A stretch of 64,000 nucleotides of DNA from an uncultured Acidobacteriota bacterium (GTDB taxonomy: Bacteria; Acidobacteriota; Thermoanaerobaculia; UBA5066). The notes beneath the pieces were generated by a model. It ran no database searches and had not been told where the DNA came from. It saw only the letters and a list, made by a program, of their open reading frames with translations. Made by a program: the position numbers and the translations under genes. The stretch is from positions 32,001 through 96,000 of the forward strand of contig CAVZYA010000001.1 of NCBI GenBank assembly GCA_963779415.1, given 5' to 3'. Numbering within the stretch: the first letter of the stretch is position 1; each line of letters opens with the position of its first letter. Below are positions 26,707-38,629 of this stretch, one piece after another.

Positions 26707-29469
26707 GTGAAGCCGGCGTCGGAAGCGGACGGCATCCTCGAAGCGCTGCAGGAGCGCGCGAAGGAGCTGACCTGTCTTTACCGGGTCCACGAGATCTGCA
26801 ATCAGGCCGGCACCTCCCTCGACGAGATCCTCCGGGGCGTCACCCGTGTCCTGCCTCACGGCTGGCAGTTCCCGGCGGAATGCGAGGCGCGCGTCGAGGC
26901 GTCCGGAATCGTCTGCGAGCCGCCCGGCTTCGCGAGAACGCCCTGGGTGCAGACGGCCCCGATCCGGGTCCAGGGCGAGACCGTCGGGACTGTGGAGGTC
27001 CTCTACACGAAAGCGTTCCCCGAAGCGGACGAAGGGCCGTTCCTGAAGCAGGAGCGGAAGCTCCTCGAGACGGTCGCCGAACGGATCGGCCAGCTCCTCC
27101 TCCAGCGTCAGCTTCTGGACAGCCTTCAAGCCCTCCCCGGGGACTCGTCGCCCCCCTTCCTGAGGCCCCGCGGCGACTGGGGAATCGTCGTCGACTTTCT
27201 CCGGAAGACCGACGCCCACCTCCTCGTGAGGGTCTCCCGCCGGATGATCAACCACCTCTGCTGGAACGGCGTGGCCGAGGCCCAGGACCTCCTGCCGAAG
27301 TTCGCGGGCGCCCGCCCCGCCGACGAGGGGGACGAGAACCGGCCGACGGCGCGCCGGAGCCTCGACGCGCTCGGCGGCGTGGCCGACGAGGCGTTCCGGA
27401 TCGCGGCCGACCACCTGCCGTCCGACGAGATCGTCACGCTCATCCAGAAATGGATCAAGGACGAGAAGGCGGGCTTTCTGACGGAGGCCGTCGAGAACCA
27501 GGGGACGTCGCTCACGGAGATCGCGGAGGCTCTCGGGCGCTTCCAGAACGCGGGGCTCGAGGACCGCGAGCTCTCCCGCGCGATCCAGGTGGAGCTGCGG
27601 GTGGGCCTCGCGCGCCGGTTCCTGACGGACGACCTCGACTTCATCAACACGGCCAAGGACTACGTCGAGGTCTTCGACTTCTTCGACCTCGCGCAGCGCG
27701 TCGTCTCTCCGCCGCGGAGCCACGGCCGCCTCGGCGGGAAGGCTTCCGGGCTCTTTCTCGCCGCGCAGATCGTCCGGAAGTCGACGGAGCTCGCGGAGCT
27801 GCTCGGCGACGTTCGGGTCCCGAAGACGTGGTACGTCACGTCCGACGGCATCCTGAACTTCATCGAGTTCAACGAGCTCGAGGACCTGTACAACCGGAAG
27901 TACCTTGAGATCGACCAGGTGCGGCGCGAATACCCGCACGTCATCCAGGTCTTCAAGAACTCGAACTTCTCGCCGGACATCGTGAAGGGCCTCTCTCTCG
28001 CCCTCGACGACTTCGAGGAGCGCCCGCTCATCGTCCGCTCCTCGAGCCTCCTCGAGGATCGCGTCGGCGCCGCGTTCTCGGGAAAGTACAAGAGCCTCTT
28101 CCTCGCGAACCAGGGGACGAAGTCCGAGCGTCTCGCGGAGCTGATGGACGCCGTCGCGGAGGTCTACGCCTCGGTCTTCGGACCCGATCCGATCGAGTAC
28201 CGCGCGGAGCGCAGCCTACTCGACGTCCACGAGGAGATGGGGGTGCTGATCCAGGAGGTCGTCGGGACGCGGGTCGGGAAGTATTTTCTCCCGAGCTTTG
28301 CCGGCGTCGCTTTCTCGAACAACGAGTTCCGCTGGTCGGATCGGATCCGCCGGGAGGACGGCCTCGTCCGGATGGTGCCGGGGCTCGGGACGCGGGCCGT
28401 GGACCGGATCGGGGACGACTACCCGGTTCTCGTGGCGCCCGGGCAGCCGGGCCTTCGCGTGAACGTCACGCCCGACGAGGTCGTCCGGTACTCGCCGAAG
28501 AAGGCCGACGTCATCAATCTCGAGAAGCGCGCCTTCGAGACCGTCGACCTCTCGGACCTCGTCGCCTGCTGCGGGGCGGACCTCCCGGGCGCCGCCGACG
28601 TCTTCTCCGTCTTCGAGGACGACCGGCTCCACCGGCCGCTTCTCGTCGACTGGGAGACGAAGCGGAGCCGGTTCGTCGCGAACTTCGACGGGCTCCTTTC
28701 CGCGACCCCGTTCCTCTCCCGGATCCGCGCTCTCCTGAAGCTCCTCGCCGAGGCGACCGGCGGGCCCGTCGACATCGAGTTCGCCTCCGACGGGAGAAAC
28801 CTTCACCTTCTCCAGTGCCGGCCGCAGAGCTTCTCGGAAGAGGAGGCCGCGGAACCGATACCGCGCGACCTCGTGCCGGCCCGCGTCATCTTCGAGGCGA
28901 AGAAATTCGTCTCCCGCGGGCGCGTCCCGGAGATCACGCACATCGTCTACGTCGATCCCGACGGCTACCGCGGGCTTCCGGACCTCGCTTCGCTGAAGAG
29001 GGTCGGCCGGGCGGTGGGGCGCGTCAACAAGCTCCTTCCCAAGAGACGGTTCATCCTGATGGGGCCGGGGCGGTGGGGGAGCCGGGGGGACGTGAAGCTG
29101 GGCGTCCCGGTGGGCTACTCGGACATCAACAACACGGCGGTCCTGATCGAGATCGCGCGAAAGCGCGGCGGGTACGTCCCGGACCTCTCCTTCGGGACAC
29201 ATTTCTTCCAGGACCTCGTCGAGGCCTCGATCCGGTATCTCCCCCTCTTCCCCGACGATCCGGACATCCTCTTCGGCGAGCCGTTTCTCCGGACCGCGCC
29301 GAACGTCCTCGCGGAGCTGGCGCCCGAGTTCGCCGATCTCGCCGGGGTCGTCCGCGTCATCGACGTCCCGCGAGCCACGAACGGGCTCGTCCTCCGGGTC
29401 GTCATGGACGCGGAGGCGGACCGGGCCGTGGGGTTCCTGTCGCCCCCCGCGGGCCGGCCCGCCTCGTGA
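26707..29469 (+). CDS. PEP/pyruvate-binding (PPDK_N) domain protein with an N-terminal GAF-like region
   Basis: LQERAKELTCLY, LGGKASGL, IVRSSSLLED, EEMGVLIQEVVG, GLGTRAV, VDIEFA, LLQCRP, GPGRWGS and SFGTHFFQDL. Confidence 0.85.
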   Translation: MKPASEADGILEALQERAKELTCLYRVHEICNQAGTSLDEILRGVTRVLPHGWQFPAECEARVEASGIVCEPPGFARTPWVQTAPIRVQGETVGTVEVLYTKAFPEADEGPFLKQERKLLETVAERIGQLLLQRQLLDSLQALPGDSSPPFLRPRGDWGIVVDFLRKTDAHLLVRVSRRMINHLCWNGVAEAQDLLPKFAGARPADEGDENRPTARRSLDALGGVADEAFRIAADHLPSDEIVTLIQKWIKDEKAGFLTEAVENQGTSLTEIAEALGRFQNAGLEDRELSRAIQVELRVGLARRFLTDDLDFINTAKDYVEVFDFFDLAQRVVSPPRSHGRLGGKASGLFLAAQIVRKSTELAELLGDVRVPKTWYVTSDGILNFIEFNELEDLYNRKYLEIDQVRREYPHVIQVFKNSNFSPDIVKGLSLALDDFEERPLIVRSSSLLEDRVGAAFSGKYKSLFLANQGTKSERLAELMDAVAEVYASVFGPDPIEYRAERSLLDVHEEMGVLIQEVVGTRVGKYFLPSFAGVAFSNNEFRWSDRIRREDGLVRMVPGLGTRAVDRIGDDYPVLVAPGQPGLRVNVTPDEVVRYSPKKADVINLEKRAFETVDLSDLVACCGADLPGAADVFSVFEDDRLHRPLLVDWETKRSRFVANFDGLLSATPFLSRIRALLKLLAEATGGPVDIEFASDGRNLHLLQCRPQSFSEEEAAEPIPRDLVPARVIFEAKKFVSRGRVPEITHIVYVDPDGYRGLPDLASLKRVGRAVGRVNKLLPKRRFILMGPGRWGSRGDVKLGVPVGYSDINNTAVLIEIARKRGGYVPDLSFGTHFFQDLVEASIRYLPLFPDDPDILFGEPFLRTAPNVLAELAPEFADLAGVVRVIDVPRATNGLVLRVVMDAEADRAVGFLSPPAGRPAS

Positions 29470-29476
29470 GGGCGCC

Positions 29477-30895
29477 TTACGGGAAGATCCCGAGCGAGAC
29501 GTAGCTCAGGGCGATCTTGTCGATCGCGCCGATGAGAGCGGCGCCGCGGAGATCCTGTACCTTCGGGAAGCGGCGCTGCGTGGCCCGGATCTCCCGGTAC
29601 GCGTCGATCATCGTCTCGTCGAGGCCGGAGTTGACGAGATCTTCCTCGTCGGCCCCTCGGACGAGGAGCGCCCTCTCCGTGTCCGTCAGCGTTTTGCCGG
29701 TCGTGTTCTCGAGCGACTTGACCATCCGCGAGTAGGCCATCTCCTCGTAGCGCTTCTCCATCCGGCCGAACCGGACGTGCGAGAGGTTCTTCAGCCACTC
29801 GAAGTACGACACGGTGACGCCGCCGGCGTTCAGGTACATGTCGGGGACCACGACGACCCCCTTTTTCCGGAGGATCTCGTCGGCATCGGCCGTGACGGGG
29901 CCGTTCGCGGCCTCGCCGACGATTTTCGCCCGGACCTTCCCCGCGTTCCCGGCGGTGATGACGTTCTCGAGAGCGGCCGGAACGAGGATTTCGCATTCTA
30001 CGAAGAGAGCCTCCTCGGTCGTCGCGAGGTCCCTCGCCCCCGGATAGCCCGTGATCTTTCCGGTCTCCGTCCGGTGCCGGACCACGTCGTCCACGCGAAG
30101 CCCTTTCGGGTTCGTGATCGCCCCCTCCCACTCCGCGAGGCCGACGAGAACGGCCCCCGCCTCCTCGAGGAACTTCGCCGCGTGGTATCCGACGTTTCCG
30201 AGGCCCTGGACGACGACCCGCTTCCCGGCGAGGCCCATCGGGAGGCCGAGCTGCTTCATCAAGTCGTCGTCGTTCACGCATTCCCGGAGGCCGAAGAAGA
30301 CGCCGCGACCGGTCGCCTCCTTTCGCCCCCGGATTCCCCCGAGGTAGACGGGTTTGCCGGTGACGCAGCCCGAGGCGTCGATCTCGCCCGTGTGGAACTG
30401 TTCGTAGGTGTCGGCGATCCAGGCCATCTCCCTCGGGCCGCTTCCGTAGTCGGGTGCCGGAACGTCGATGCCGGGTCCGATGAAGTTCTTCTTGACCAGC
30501 TCGGCCGTGTACCGGCGCGTGATCCGCTCCAGCTGCTCGGGCGAGGTCTTGCGTGGGTCGATCCGGATGGCCCCCTTCGCGCCGCCGAACGGCACGTCGA
30601 CGATGGCGCACTTGAAGGTCATCAGGGCGGCCAGCGCGAGGACCTCGTCCTCGTTGACGTCCGGCGAGTAGCGGATCCCGCCCTTCACCGGCAGCTTGTG
30701 GTGGCTGTGCTCGGCCCGCCACGCGTCGATGACCTCGTAGCCCTTCCCGTCCTCGCGCCGCACCGGGAAGTGAAACTTGTAGATGCTGTTGCAGACGCGG
30801 ATCTGGTCGAGAAGCCCCTGCGGATAGTCGAGGAACGCCGCCGCGGCGGCGAAGTTTCGGTCGACGGTGGCGAGGAAACTCTGTGAAGTCGTCAT
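29477..30895 (-). CDS. Glutamate dehydrogenase, second isozyme (animal-like type)
   Basis: [38 protein letters not shown] and [23 protein letters not shown]. Confidence 0.92.
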   Translation of the reverse strand: MTTSQSFLATVDRNFAAAAAFLDYPQGLLDQIRVCNSIYKFHFPVRREDGKGYEVIDAWRAEHSHHKLPVKGGIRYSPDVNEDEVLALAALMTFKCAIVDVPFGGAKGAIRIDPRKTSPEQLERITRRYTAELVKKNFIGPGIDVPAPDYGSGPREMAWIADTYEQFHTGEIDASGCVTGKPVYLGGIRGRKEATGRGVFFGLRECVNDDDLMKQLGLPMGLAGKRVVVQGLGNVGYHAAKFLEEAGAVLVGLAEWEGAITNPKGLRVDDVVRHRTETGKITGYPGARDLATTEEALFVECEILVPAALENVITAGNAGKVRAKIVGEAANGPVTADADEILRKKGVVVVPDMYLNAGGVTVSYFEWLKNLSHVRFGRMEKRYEEMAYSRMVKSLENTTGKTLTDTERALLVRGADEEDLVNSGLDETMIDAYREIRATQRRFPKVQDLRGAALIGAIDKIALSYVSLGIFP

Positions 30896-31186
30896 TCATC
30901 CTCCCGATGGGACGAAGTCTAGACGACACCCCGGCGGAGACAAGCCGGGCGATGCCGGAAAGGCCATTTTTCGGGGGAAGCTGCTTTCTATCACACGTCC
31001 CTGGCCCGCCAGAATGATGCATCTTGGGGGGGTGAGGTCGCTGCCGGGGGACATTAGTCTCCGCGCGGCTTGATGGTCCGGCTTCACGTTCCTTCACACG
31101 CCGCGTGCCGTGGATTCCGTCTGCCCGCGGTGTTTCTTTCTCGATCTTTCGATCAATTCAGACCGTAGGAGAGAGGAGAGGTGTCT

Positions 31187-34100
31187 ATGACTCGAACGCG
31201 AACTTCCCTGGCGGCTCTGGCCGTCTTCATGGCCGTCCTCGTGACGGCCATTACCCGCCTTCGGGCAGGAGACCACCGGTGGTCTTCAGGGGGACGTGAC
31301 GGTCAAGTCGGACAAGAGCCCCCTTCCCGGCGCCACCGTGGAGGCCGTTCACGTCCCGACCGGCACACGCTATACCGCGGTGACGTCGGCCACAGGACGG
31401 TTCAGCATTCTCAACGTCCGCGTCGGCGGGCCCTATACCGTGACCGCGAAGCTCACCGGCTTCAGGACCGAGACCTTCAAGGACATCACCATCGCCCTCG
31501 GTGAGAGGCGCTATCTCAGCTTCGAGCTGAACATCGAGGCCGTACAGCAGAGCGTCATGGTGACGGCCGAAGCCGAGCCGCTGATCAGCCCGAACCGGAT
31601 GGGCTCCACCGAGTCGATTTCGGGAGACGAGATCAAATCCCTGCCGACGATTCGCCGGCAGTTCCAGGATTTCGCCCGGGCGAACCCATACGTCAACGTG
31701 CAGGCCTACGACACGACGCAGACCAACATCACCGTGGCGGGGAAGAACAACCGGTACAACACGATCCAGATCGACGGAGCGGTCAACAACGACCTGTTCG
31801 GCCTCTCCACGACCGGCACCCCGGGCGGCCAGACCGACACGCAGCCCATCTCGCTGGAAGACATTCAGGAGCTTCAGGTCGCCGTCTCACCTTACGACAT
31901 CAAGCAGGGGGGATTCACTGGCGGCGCCATCAACATGATCACGAAGAGCGGGACGAACGATTTCCACGGGTCCGCCTACGGTTTCACGCGGAACCAGAAA
32001 TACTTCGGCAGTGACGTTCCGCAGGCCTACGGCGACGCCCTCCACAAACCCCTCGCGCCCTCCGACCAGAGCCAGATCGGCGCGAGCGTAGGCGGACCGA
32101 TCCTCAAGGACAAGCTCTTCTTCTTCGTCAGCGGCGAGAAGAACAAGCTCTCGGCTCCGACGGGCGGGTCCTCCGACGGCTCGACGGTCAACACGTTCAA
32201 GGATCCGGCGTCCGCCGCCCTCTTCCAGAGCGTCCTGATCAACCAGTACGGCTACAACCCGGGCTCGTTGGGGGACTACAACACGAGGACGAACAGCAAC
32301 CTGCTCTTCGGCCGGCTCGACTTCAACGCCAACGACTCCAATCAGGTGACGGTCCGCTACAACTACGTCGATGCCCTGCAGGACGTCGCCAGCACCCGCA
32401 ATGTCAACACCTATTCGTTCGAAACGTCCGGGTACACGATCACCGACAAGACGAATTCGATCGTGGCGCAGGTCAACAGCGTCTTCGGCGCCGATTCGTT
32501 CAACCAGGGCCGGGTCGGCTACCAGACGATCCGGGACGACCGCGCCCTGCCCGCGAACTTCCCGTCGGTCTACATCTGCAATACGCCCAGCGCGACGGGC
32601 TGTACCTCGAGCTCGGGCGCCTACAGTCTACTGGCCGGGTCCGAACGCTCGTCCGAAGCGAACTCCCTCAGTCAGGACATCCTCGAAGTCACCGACGACT
32701 TCACGCTGGTCAAGGGGAACCACTCGCTCACGATCGGAACTCACAACGAGTTCTTCAAGTTCTCGAACGTCTACATCCAGGACGTCTACGGAACCTACTT
32801 CTTCAACTCGATCGCCGCCCTTCAGGCGGGGACCGCGAATGTCTATCGGGTGGGGTACGCCAACGGGTCAGACCCGAAACGGCCGGCCGAGTTCGGTGCC
32901 CAGCAGTGGGGCGTTTATGTAGGCGACCAGTGGAAGGTGAGCAGCAACCTCAACCTGAACCTCGGCCTCCGCTTCGACATTCCGCGGCTCACGGACAGCC
33001 CGACGTACAACCCGCTCGTCTACAACACGTTCGGCGTCGACACGAGCGACGTGCCCGGCGCCCAGGTCGTCGTCTCGCCCCGCCTCGGCTTCAACTGGGC
33101 CCCGGACGCGTCGGGGAAGGACCAGGTGCGCGGCGGCGTCGGCGTCTTCCTCGGCCGGACCCCGTTCGTCTGGCTCTCCAACAACTACTCCAACACCGGC
33201 ATCGAGTACACGAACGTGATCGCGAGCAACGTGCCGTTCAACCCGGATCCCAACAACCCGCCGAGGAACTTTCCTCCGGGAACCGCCGCAATCACGGTCA
33301 ACGGGGTCAATCCGGATTTCAAGTTCCCCAAGGTTCTCCGAAGCACCCTGGGCTACGACCGTGAGCTGCCTTGGGATATCAAGGGGACCGTCGAGTTCAT
33401 GTTCACGAAGACGCTCGAGGACGTCTTCTACTACAACATCGCCAAGGCCCCGACCGGAAACTACACGTTCTACGGCGCGCCCATCTACAAGAACGTCAGC
33501 ACAGCGTTCTCGGACATGATCTATCTGGACAACACCAGCCGGGGCGAGCAGCAGAACCTCGTCGTGCAGCTGGAGAAGCGCTTCCCGTTCGGCCTCTACC
33601 TCAACGCGGCGTACGCCTACATGAACTCGAAGGCCGCCTTCGAGGGAACGTCCAGCGTCGCGTACTCGAACTGGCAGTACCAGACCACGAACGGCGACAT
33701 CTACACGCAGCAGCTCACGCGCTCCTTCTTCGAGGTACCGAATCGCTTCACCGCCGTCGCCACGCAGGCGTTCAAGACCGGGCCTCTGCTTCATAACGTC
33801 GGGCTGGTCTTCACGGCGCAGTCGGGACAGCCCTACTCGATCCTGATGGGGGGCGACCCGAACAAGGACGGAGGGTCGAGCAACGACCTCATCTTCGTCC
33901 CCCAGAACTACAGCGACATCGTCTGGAAGGGGAACGGGGGCTCCCACCGAAGCTCAGTGGAACAACTTCCTCGGGACGACGGGCCTCGACAAGTACCGCG
34001 GGCAGCTCCTGCCCCGCAACGCGCTCGACGCGCCGTGGATCCATACGCTCGACTTTCACTACGACGTGACTCTTCCGATCTCGGTGGTGCAGGTGCAGCT

Positions 34101-34329
34101 TTCGTTCGATATCCTGAACCTGATCAACCTGATCGACCACAACTCGGGGCTCGTCCGTTACGTCCAGAACCAGACCTACACCGCGCTCAGCTACTCGGGG
34201 ATCGACACGGCCACGGGCAAGCCGATCTACACCGTCAGCGCGAACTCGCTCAACGAGGGAATTCAGTACACCATCCAGGACGTCCGCTCGCGCTACCAGC
34301 TGAAGTGGGGGGCGCGCCTCTCCTTCTGA
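31187..34329 (+). CDS. TonB-dependent receptor, Oar/carboxypeptidase-regulatory-like type (frameshifts near both ends)
   Basis: Signal peptide, LPGATVEAVHVPTGT, IDGAVNNDLFG, GGFTGGAINMITKSGTN, LGLRFD and C-terminal GARLSF. Confidence 0.9.
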
Positions 34330-34350
34330 GGGATTCGACACGCTCCAGGG

Positions 34351-34378
34351 AACGGGGGGCATCGGCCCCCCGTTTTTT
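34351..34378 (+). terminator. Rho-independent terminator
   Basis: aacggggggc-atcg-gccccccgtt hairpin followed by a T tract. Confidence 0.8.
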
Positions 34379-34408
34379 CGGTATCCTTCCGCCGGAGGAA
34401 AATTTGAC

Positions 34409-35591
34409 ATGACCGTCACAGAAACGGCATCGGCCCTGACGGCCGTTCCCCCGGTCTCGATTCTTCAGGACCACGAGCGCGAGATCGCGGAAAACGTCCA
34501 CCGGTTCGCGGTCGAGGAAATCGCCCCGAAGTCGATGGAGATGGACCGGGCGAACCTCATGGACCCCGCCCTCGTCCGGAAGTTCTTCGACCTCGACCTG
34601 ATGGGGATCGAGATCCCCGAGGAGCTCGGGGGGCTGGGCCTGAATTTCGCGACGTCGATCGCCGTCATCGAGGCGCTCGCCCGCGTGGACGCCGCGGCGG
34701 CCGTCGTCGTCGACGTCCAGAACACCCTCGTCAACAACGCCCTTCTCCGCTGGGCGAGCCCCGCGCTGAAGAAGAGGTACCTGCCGCAGCTCGCGAAGTC
34801 GAAGGTCGGGGCGTACGCGCTTTCCGAGGCGGGCTCCGGGTCCGATGCGTTCGCCCTCGCGACGACCGCCGCGAGAAAGGGGGACCGCTGGGTCCTGAAC
34901 GGGTCCAAGCTCTGGATCACGAACGGGCTCGAGGCGGAGATCTTCCTCATCTTCGCGAACGTCGACCGGTCGAAGGGGTATCGCGGGATCACGGCTTTCC
35001 TCGTCGAGTCGGGCTGGAAGGGGTTCGGGAAGGGGAAGAAGGAAGACAAGCTCGGCATCCGCGCCTCCTCCACGCTCGCCCTGTCGTTCGAGGACGTCGA
35101 GGTGCCCGAGGAGAACGTCGTCGGAAACGTCGGCGAGGGGTACAAGATCGCCATCGAGACCCTCAACGAGGGGCGGATCGGGATCGGCGCGCAGATGGTC
35201 GGCATCGCCCGGGCGGCGCTCGACTACGCGGCGACAGTACGCGAAGGAGCGGGTGCAGTTCGGCAAGCCGATCGCCGAGTTCCAGGCCATCCAGCACGAC
35301 CTCGCCCGGATGGACATGGAGGTCGAGTGCGCCCGCCTCGCGGTCTACAACGCCGCGCGGCTGAAGGAGGCGGGGAAGCCGTTCGCGCGCGAGGGGGCCA
35401 TCGCGAAGCTGAAGGGGTCGGAGGTGGCCGAGTACTGCACGTCCCGCGGGCTCGAGATCCTGGGGGGCTACGGCTACGTGAAGGATTACCCGATGGAGAA
35501 GCTCTTCCGCGACGCGAAGATCGGGAAGATCTACGAAGGGACCTCCTTCATGCAGCTCAACACGATCGCGAAGGACGTCCTGAAGAGATAG
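34409..35591 (+). CDS. Acyl-CoA dehydrogenase (short/branched chain), frameshift ~35235
   Basis: ALSEAGSGSDA, NGSKLWITN, KLGIRASST, LNEGRIGI, QFGKPIAEFQAIQ, GGYGYVKDYP and IYEGTS. Confidence 0.92.
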
Positions 35592-35666
35592 CGCGAAGGA
35601 CCCGAAGGATCGCCTTTTTTCTTGGAGCGGATGAGCGGCGGCCGACTGTCTTATCCTCTAAGAAGA

Positions 35667-37077
35667 ATGGCAGCGTCGACTCGAGCCGGAAAGTCCTCAT
35701 CTGCGGCGCGAGATCGGCCTCTGGCAGGGGACCGCCCTCAACGTCATCGACATGGTGGGGATCGGTCCGTTCGTCACCCTGCCGCTCATCCTCGCGGCGA
35801 TGGGGGGCGGACGGGCGCTCGGCGCCTGGCTTCTCGGCGCCCTCCTGGCCATCTGCGACGGTCTCGTGACGGCCGAGCTTTCGGCGACATTGCCGCGCGC
35901 GGGCGGGTCGTACGCCTTCCTTCGCGAGGCCTACGGCCCCGACCGGTGGGGGAGGCTCGTCTCGTTCCTCTTCCTCTTCCAGATCGTCTTCTCCGCGCCG
36001 CTCTCGATGGCCTCCGGCGCGATCGGCTTTTCGCGCTATCTGAAGTTCGTCGTCCCGGGGATTCCGGACGGGTGGGAGGCGCCCGTCGCCTCGGTGCTCT
36101 GCCTCGCCGTCACGCTACTCCTCTGCCGCCGGATCGGCGCCATCGGGAAGTTCTCCGTCGTCCTCTGGATCGGCGTCCTCGCCACGCTCGGCATCGTCAT
36201 CGGTCTCGGCCTGCCGCACCTGAAGTGGGAGGCCTTCCGTTTCTGGGCCGCGCCGGTCGAAACCGCGCCCGGCCTTCCGGCTCCCTCGGGCGCCTTCGGC
36301 GGGCTCGGAGCCGCGCTGATCCTCGCGGTCTACGACTACCTCGGCTACTACAACATCTGCTACCTCGCCGAGGAGGTGAAGGAGCCGACGAAGACGATCC
36401 CTCGCGTCATCGTCGTCTCCATCCTCTCGGTGGCCGTCCTCTACGTCCTGATGAACGTCTCGATCCTGTCGGTCCTGCCGGCGAAGGAGGCGATGGCCTC
36501 GAAAGCGACCGTCTCGGAGTTCGTCGCCGCCGTGGCCGGGCGGCCGATGGCCCGGGCCGTCACGGTCCTGATCCTCTGGACGGCCTTCGCGTCGGTCTTC
36601 TCTCTGACGCTCGGCTACTCGCGGATCCTCTGGGCGGCGGCGCGCGACGGGAACTTCTTCCGCCCCTTCGCGCGGCTCCACCCGACGGAAGGCTACCCGG
36701 TCGTCGCCCTCTTCGCCCTCGGCGGCGCGGCCGCCCTCTTCTCCTTCATCGACCTTCGAAAGGTCGTCATGGCGATCCTCTCGATCCGGGCCGTCATTCC
36801 CTTCATGGCGCAGATCGTCGCCGCGCTCGTCCTCCGGCGCCGTCTGCCGGACTCGGCCCGGCCGTTTAGGATGTGGCTTTATCCGCTTCCGGCGCTCGTG
36901 GCGCTCCTCCTCTGGGGCTTCGTCCTCTTCTCTCCGGAGAAGGGCCTCCGGGCGACGGGGCTCGTCGTCATCGGCGCCGGATCGATCGCGTTTCTCGTCC
37001 GCTCACGCCTCCGGGGGAGCTGGCCGTTCGCTCCGGCGGGCCCGCCCTCCGGTGCTAACATTCGCCCCCCGTCCTGA
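35667..37077 (+). CDS. APC family amino acid permease (frameshift near the 5' end)
   Basis: LRREIGLWQGTALNVIDMVGIGPF, AELSATLPRAGGSY, YDYLGY, AEEVKEP and RPFRMWLYP. Confidence 0.88.
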
Positions 37078-37153
37078 GGCGACGTACCCAAGTGGTTAAG
37101 GGAAGGCTCTGCAAAAGCCTCATTCGTCGGTTCGAATCCGACCGTCGCCTCCA
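37078..37153 (+). tRNA. tRNA-Cys(GCA)
   Basis: ggcgacg acceptor, anticodon arm aggct-ctGCAaa-agcct, TTCGAATC, CCA. Confidence 0.96.
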
Positions 37154-37171
37154 ATCGTCGACCCCCCTCGC

Positions 37172-37260
37172 GCCGGAGTGGCGAAACTGGCAGACGCAGG
37201 GGACTTAAAATCCCCAGGTCCGAAAGGGCCATGCGGGTTCGACTCCCGCCTCCGGCACCA
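37172..37260 (+). tRNA. tRNA-Leu(TAA)
   Basis: gccggag acceptor, gggga-ctTAAaa-tcccc, long variable arm, CCA. Confidence 0.96.
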
Positions 37261-37289
37261 GAACGGATCCAAGTGAAAGTGAAGGACTC

Positions 37290-37805
37290 TTGAAGAAACA
37301 CGCTCTCCTCGTCGTCTCCCTCGCCGTGATGGCGGGCGCCTGCTCCACCCTCTCGACGACCGTCGACTTCGACCACTCGGCGGATTTCTCGCGTTATCGG
37401 TCCTACACGTGGAAAGACACGGGCGAGATCGCCGATTCAATATGGGACCGGCGGGTGGAGAGCGTCCTTGAGGACACCGTGGCGGCGAGGGGCCTGAAGA
37501 AGGTCGATCGCGAAGGTGACCTCCTGATGGTGGTCCACGCCCGGTTTTCGGTGGAGACGCAGGTGACCACCTGGAACTCCGGCTGGGGCTACGGATGGGG
37601 ATGGGGACCCACCACCACCCAGGTTACGCAGATCCCTCTCGGCACGATGATCGTCGACCTCGTCGACGCGAAGAACAACCAGCTCGTCTGGCGCGGCATC
37701 GCCAACGACACGCTTCAGCCCGACAAGCAGCCCGAGGAGCGGGAGAAAAAGCTCCGGACGGTCATGGCGGGTCTATTCGCGGATTATCCGCCAGCCCCGA
37801 AGTGA
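37290..37805 (+). CDS. DUF4136 domain lipoprotein
   Basis: Lipobox AGAC, DFDHSADFSRYRSY and GTMIVDLVDAKNNQLVWRG. Confidence 0.88.
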   Translation: MKKHALLVVSLAVMAGACSTLSTTVDFDHSADFSRYRSYTWKDTGEIADSIWDRRVESVLEDTVAARGLKKVDREGDLLMVVHARFSVETQVTTWNSGWGYGWGWGPTTTQVTQIPLGTMIVDLVDAKNNQLVWRGIANDTLQPDKQPEEREKKLRTVMAGLFADYPPAPK

Positions 37806-38515
37806 GCGACCCCTTCGCCTTTCTGGAGGATCGCCTCGGCCATCGCTTCGTCGAGAGAGAGCTCCTCGTCCGGGCCCTGACCCACGCGTCGTTCGCGAAC
37901 GAGGCCGAGCCCGCGGCGAAGGTCGTGGACAACGAGACGCTGGAGTTCCTCGGCGACAGCGTTCTCGGATTTCTCGTCGCGGAGCGCCTCTTTCGTTCCC
38001 ATCCCGGCTGGGAGCAGGGGACGCTGACGAAGGCCCGCGCCGAGATCGTCTCCGAGGCCTCCCTCGCGGAGACGGCGCGGCGACTCGATCTGGGGCCGCT
38101 TCTCCGGCTCGCCTCCTCGGACGAGAGGTCGGGAGGTCGCGACCGGGATGCGCGCCTCGCGGACGCGCTGGAGGCGGTCGTCGCGGGCGTCTTTCTCGAC
38201 GGAGGGCTGGAAGCTGCGCGGATCGCCGTCGCACGGCTCTTCGACGCCGACCTCGACGCTCTCGAGCCCGAAGAGCTCCTGCGCCGTGACGCGAAGAGCG
38301 CCCTGCAGGAGCGTGCGCAGGCCGAGGGGAATGCGCTTCCGCGCTACCGGCTTCTCTCGGAGAGCGGCCCCGACCACGAGAAGCGCTTCGTCTACGAGGT
38401 GCGTTACGGATCCGGAGACGAGCTCTTCGCGACGGGGGAGGGCGCGTCGAAGAAGGAGGCGCAGAGGGCGGCCGCCCGCGCCGCCCTCGACCGCCTCAGC
38501 GCGCGAAGCGGCTGA
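37802..38515 (+). CDS. rnc: Ribonuclease III
   Basis: ALTHAS, NETLEFLGDSVL, ADALEAV and dsRBD KSALQE..GPDHEKRF..SKKEAQ. Confidence 0.95.
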   Translation: MSDPFAFLEDRLGHRFVERELLVRALTHASFANEAEPAAKVVDNETLEFLGDSVLGFLVAERLFRSHPGWEQGTLTKARAEIVSEASLAETARRLDLGPLLRLASSDERSGGRDRDARLADALEAVVAGVFLDGGLEAARIAVARLFDADLDALEPEELLRRDAKSALQERAQAEGNALPRYRLLSESGPDHEKRFVYEVRYGSGDELFATGEGASKKEAQRAAARAALDRLSARSG

Positions 38516-38544
38516 CGAACGACTCGGGAGGCTCGAAGCCGACG
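38473..38544 (+). repeat. 72-bp direct repeat, copy 1 (contains the rnc stop codon)
   Basis: 69/72 identical to 41436-41507 by manual alignment. Confidence 0.9.
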
Positions 38545-38629
38545 CTTCCCCCCGTTGGCTGCAACGAATTCGCTTGGATTTCACATAAGATATAGGAGCC
38601 GGTGGGAAGGCGCCGGCGGGGGGGATCGA

